Below, piece after piece: positions 16,991 through 20,000 of a stretch of 20,000 nucleotides of DNA. The position numbers were made by a program, and so were the translations under genes. The notes under the pieces were generated by a model that made no database searches, had not been told where the DNA came from, and worked only from the letters and a program-made list of their open reading frames with translations. This DNA comes from an uncultured virus (IMG/VR IMGVR_UViG_3300020045_010788). Its lineage: Duplodnaviria; Heunggongvirae; Uroviricota; Caudoviricetes. Where the stretch lies: IMG/VR virus record IMGVR_UViG_3300020045_010788. One strand, 5' to 3'. Within the stretch, counting starts at the first letter, position 1, and each line of letters begins with the position of its first letter.

Positions 16991-16998
16991 TATCTTTG
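16991..16998 (+). promoter_or_regulatory. Bacteroidota-type -7 box TATCTTTG
   Basis: TAnnTTTG ~30 nt upstream of ATG 17029. Confidence 0.55.
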
Positions 16999-17028
16999 CC
17001 CCATTATAAAACACAATAATATTTTAGA

Positions 17029-17556
17029 ATGGAAACAAAGATATGCTTTAAGTGCCAATGCGAAAAGGCTTATTCTGATTTTTATAAACATCCCAAGATG
17101 CCTGATGGATATTTAGGCAAATGCAAGGAATGCACAAAAAAAGACGTTAGGGATAACTATCAATTAAAAATAAAAGACCCAAACTGGATTGAGATGGAAA
17201 GAGATAGGACTAGGGTAAAGTACCATAGGCTTAATTATAAAGAAAAACATAAACCCTCTCACGATAATAAAGCTAAAATAATTGCACGATATAAGGAAAA
17301 GTATCCAGAAAAACAAATAGCATTAAATCATTCAAAACATATTATAGTTCCAAACGGATTGAATAAACATCATTGGTCTTATAATGAAGAACACTGGATG
17401 GACATTATAGTATTATCAGTAAAAGACCATAATACGGCTCACAGATTTATGGTTTACGATCAAGAAAGGATGATGTTTAGAACACTTAATGGAGTTCTCT
17501 TAGACACAAGAGAATCTCATGAAAACTATATTAACTCAATAATAGAAAATAATTAA
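17029..17556 (+). CDS. Zn-finger/HNH-like endonuclease
   Basis: CFKC...FYKH...CKEC N-terminus; HHWSY...HNTAH C-terminus. Confidence 0.7.
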   Translation: METKICFKCQCEKAYSDFYKHPKMPDGYLGKCKECTKKDVRDNYQLKIKDPNWIEMERDRTRVKYHRLNYKEKHKPSHDNKAKIIARYKEKYPEKQIALNHSKHIIVPNGLNKHHWSYNEEHWMDIIVLSVKDHNTAHRFMVYDQERMMFRTLNGVLLDTRESHENYINSIIENN

Positions 17557-17557
17557 A

Positions 17558-18511
17558 ATGAGAGACACAATCCAAGATATAGAAAAAGTAGAAAACCTAT
17601 TAAAAATAGGAAACTACGAAAAAATGTTTCGGATTAACTTCAACGGATTAAGGCTTTATATTCAGGAAGAACCGTTTGCTTATTATTCTGGCCTTACCGG
17701 AGCGTTATCCGCAAGTACATTTAAGGGTGATCCCGACAGTAAAAGATTAACCGGATGGAGAAACTCAATGATTGATTCATTTGGTCAAAAAAATACAGAT
17801 GACTACGTTAATATGACGGCTGATTTCGGGTCTTTACTCCACATGGCATTAGTTACAATAAAAGAAAAAGGACTAATAAAATGGGACGAAGAACGAGATA
17901 AGGCATATGAATATTTTATTGAATCGTATAAGCAAAAAGGAATTGAGCCGGACTTTAAAACAATAAAAAAGATTGTCTATGAGTATCAAAAACATGTAGC
18001 TTCTTTGCTCCAATTTGTTTATGAACGAGTGCATGAAATATATGCAATTGAAACGCCAGCTAAGTGGCACTCATTGAAAATAGCAACTCCAATAGACTTA
18101 TTTTGTTTGTGCCGACAAACAGAAAAGGGAGACTTTGCGAGTACCACAATAAATATAAAAACGTCATCGCAAATATCAAATCATCAATTGGAACAAATAT
18201 CATGTGAATTACACATGTGGAATCAAACCTATGGCGAAACTACCAAAATGGCCGATTTTACCGCCATAGTTAGAACGAAGGATTGGACTGAAGGCAAGAA
18301 TCCAACGTATGAGTATAAATACTTATCTGATGAACAGGCTAAGGTGTATTGGGAAAATGCAAAAGCCAGGCTTCAATTATGCCTAAATAGCTCATCTAGT
18401 TATTTCCCATCACCTATTAATAAATCATTTAAAGGGGAAACTAAGATAGGGGAACAACCCATCATTATCTCTCAATCATTAGAAGATGAATGGACTGAAT
18501 TAAATAAATAG
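17558..18511 (+). CDS. PD-(D/E)XK exonuclease-like protein
   Basis: FGSLLH, AIE, PIDL, INIKTS, HQLEQ motif order typical of phage exonucleases. Confidence 0.6.
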   Translation: MRDTIQDIEKVENLLKIGNYEKMFRINFNGLRLYIQEEPFAYYSGLTGALSASTFKGDPDSKRLTGWRNSMIDSFGQKNTDDYVNMTADFGSLLHMALVTIKEKGLIKWDEERDKAYEYFIESYKQKGIEPDFKTIKKIVYEYQKHVASLLQFVYERVHEIYAIETPAKWHSLKIATPIDLFCLCRQTEKGDFASTTINIKTSSQISNHQLEQISCELHMWNQTYGETTKMADFTAIVRTKDWTEGKNPTYEYKYLSDEQAKVYWENAKARLQLCLNSSSSYFPSPINKSFKGETKIGEQPIIISQSLEDEWTELNK

Positions 18512-18658
18512 TACTATTCCCAATGCAGGAAAGAGCAAAGGCTTTGTTTTATACTATATTTATAAATAGATGGTTTTAAAACTTAATTGGAAATGAAAAA
18601 TCGATAGGGGAAGGCGAAAACCTTTAAAAGAGTAGCCAATATATAAATACATACAGAT

Positions 18659-18928
18659 ATGTTTATTTTAAGAAGAATCACATCGGAATCAATTGAAATT
18701 AACACATGCTTAGGAATAAGCTATGTAATGATTTTGAAAGAAAGAAACAATGATGAATTTGAAAAAGTGGCCAAATCCATGAAATGGGATGATGCTGACA
18801 TGACAAAAGACATGTACGGCTTTCTTACCTATAATAATGGAGGAGAAACAATGCCATTGTATCAAAAATCTCATTATTTTATTATGGCAAGTGATGGTAA
18901 AACAGTAGCTAACATCACAAACAAGTAG
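18659..18928 (+). CDS. Hypothetical phage protein
   Basis: 89-aa ORF ending YFIMASDGKTVANI. Confidence 0.75.
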   Translation: MFILRRITSESIEINTCLGISYVMILKERNNDEFEKVAKSMKWDDADMTKDMYGFLTYNNGGETMPLYQKSHYFIMASDGKTVANITNK

Positions 18929-19008
18929 ATGTGTATGGCGGGTGGGCTTTTATTTTTTTCTTCGCACACGCAGGAACTAAAATACGAGCTATTCACCCGC
19001 TTGTAGTT

Positions 19009-19130
19009 AACGGTCGCAGGTTTGACCAGTAAGGGATTACGGGCTTCGCTCCTGTCGAAATATCCCAAAGCTGATGCGAGATATAACGTTGCAATTAATC
19101 ACGAAACCTTTATTGGTTATAGCTTGTGTT
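19009..19130. repeat. attC-like hairpin site 12, separate from the main array
   Basis: AACG..CAGGTTTGACCAGTAAGGG / CCTTTATTGGTTATAGCTTG-TGTT; 122 bp; ATA-N6-GTT. Confidence 0.75.
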
Positions 19131-19271
19131 AGCAAATCGGCTTTTATTAATCTAAAAATAAGAATATTATGATGAAAACTTATGTGTTAATGGTTTCGGA
19201 AAGGTTTCCGCAAACCCACAAACGTGTTAGGCGGTCGTTATTTATTTTAAACACTTAAAAACTAATATTAT

Positions 19272-19576
19272 ATGAAGATTTACATTTCAGGAAAAATTTC
19301 GGGACTGCCGATTAAAAACGTAATTGAAAAGTTCAAATGGCACGCTGCATTTTTAGAAATGAAAGGTCATACACCTATTAATCCAATAGAAGTAAGCCCC
19401 TTCAATGATAAAAAAACTGACGTGATTATATGGTTGATGATATTTCGGCCTTATTGGAGTGTGAAGCGATATATATGGTGAAGGACTGGGGTCAATCTAA
19501 GGGGGCTAGGCTTGAATACGCTATTGCCAAAGAATTAGGACTATATATTCTTTTTGATGGAGAATTTAATAATTAG
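19272..19576 (+). pseudogene. Frameshifted DUF4406-family (nucleoside deoxyribosyltransferase-like) gene
   Basis: MKIYISGKISGL...NP continues in another frame as RDYMVDDISALLECEAIYMVKDWGQSKGARLEYAIAKELGL; the break is near the A7 run at ~19410, with a TGA where Trp is expected. Confidence 0.8.
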
Positions 19577-19579
19577 ACT

Positions 19580-19921
19580 ATGAGACAAATATTATTTAAA
19601 GCAAAAATAACCGGAAGTGATTCGTGGATATTTGGATTACCGAATTGCATCTACTCAAATAATAGAATTGATTCAATATATTGCTAAACTAATCAAAGAG
19701 CGGAATATATTACAACTGATACAATCAGTGAATTTACAGGATATTGTGATTCAAAGAATCATAATATTTTTGAAAATGATATACTGATTGCCTCAAACGG
19801 AATTAAAAATAAAAAAGCTCCAGTTAAATTTATTAATGGAGCCTGGAGGTGCAATGGATATTTATTGCATGAATATTTAAAAAACAACGATTGCTATTTA
19901 TGTGGTAACATTTTCGATTAA
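19580..19921 (+). pseudogene. YopX-family gene with an internal TAA
   Basis: MRQILFKAK...WIFG...TISEFTGYCDSKNHNIFENDIL...GNIFD; in-frame TAA at 19685-19687. Confidence 0.8.
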
Positions 19922-19923
19922 TT

Positions 19924-20000
19924 ATGAGATTCGATACATCAATTCCTTATCAACGTGAAAATGCAATAGTTTATATTAAACAATTACTAGATGATAAGGC
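19924..20000 (+). CDS. Partial CDS (MRFDTSIPYQRENAIVYIKQLLDDK...)
   Basis: Open to the window edge. Confidence 0.5.
   Translation, partial: MRFDTSIPYQRENAIVYIKQLLDDK

Noticed and set aside
18606..18640. Small hairpin AAGG-CGAAAA-CCTT followed by GAGTAGCC as a riboswitch or ribozyme
   Set aside because: Single short instance with no match to any consensus I can verify by eye.
1137..19068. Alternative-frame and antisense ORFs (1137-1343, 3850-4095, 4917-5120, 8047-8502, 8493-8696, 9862-10089, 9957-10166, 10200-10412, 11602-11811, 12676-12876, 14990-15187, 15247-15552, 16086-16337, 16459-16644, 17873-18070, 18874-19068)
   Set aside because: They overlap better-supported genes or hairpin sites and have no recognisable motifs.
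19272..19921. Stop-codon reassignment explaining the broken genes
   Set aside because: One lesion is TAA and the other a frameshift plus TGA; TAA, TAG and TGA all end normal genes in this window.

Overview
AT-rich phage or prophage DNA, probably from a Bacteroidota-infecting phage (several TAnnTTTG promoter boxes). Minus strand, 1-7050: two virion ring/adaptor-like genes (one with a ~600-aa repeat and beta-propeller insertion), an HNH nuclease, a primase-polymerase/helicase and a DUF4373-type replication initiator. Plus strand, 7200-20000: early/accessory genes, including SSB-like and PD-(D/E)XK nuclease-like genes and two pseudogenes. The main feature is 7256-13189, an integron-like array of 12 single-gene cassettes separated by 11 hairpin sites (AACG...TGTT; mostly ~120-129 bp, one 88 bp) that differ in sequence but share structure. 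In 11 of 12 cassettes the first ~15 nt are complementary to that cassette's own last ~15 nt, the footprint of integron-type circular cassettes. The sites carry positionally conserved G.T wobbles on the + strand, the genes appear inverted relative to canonical attC polarity, a half-site (attI candidate) closes the right end, and no integrase is in the window. A twelfth site lies at 19009-19130. All product calls come from motif recognition by eye; no searches were run.
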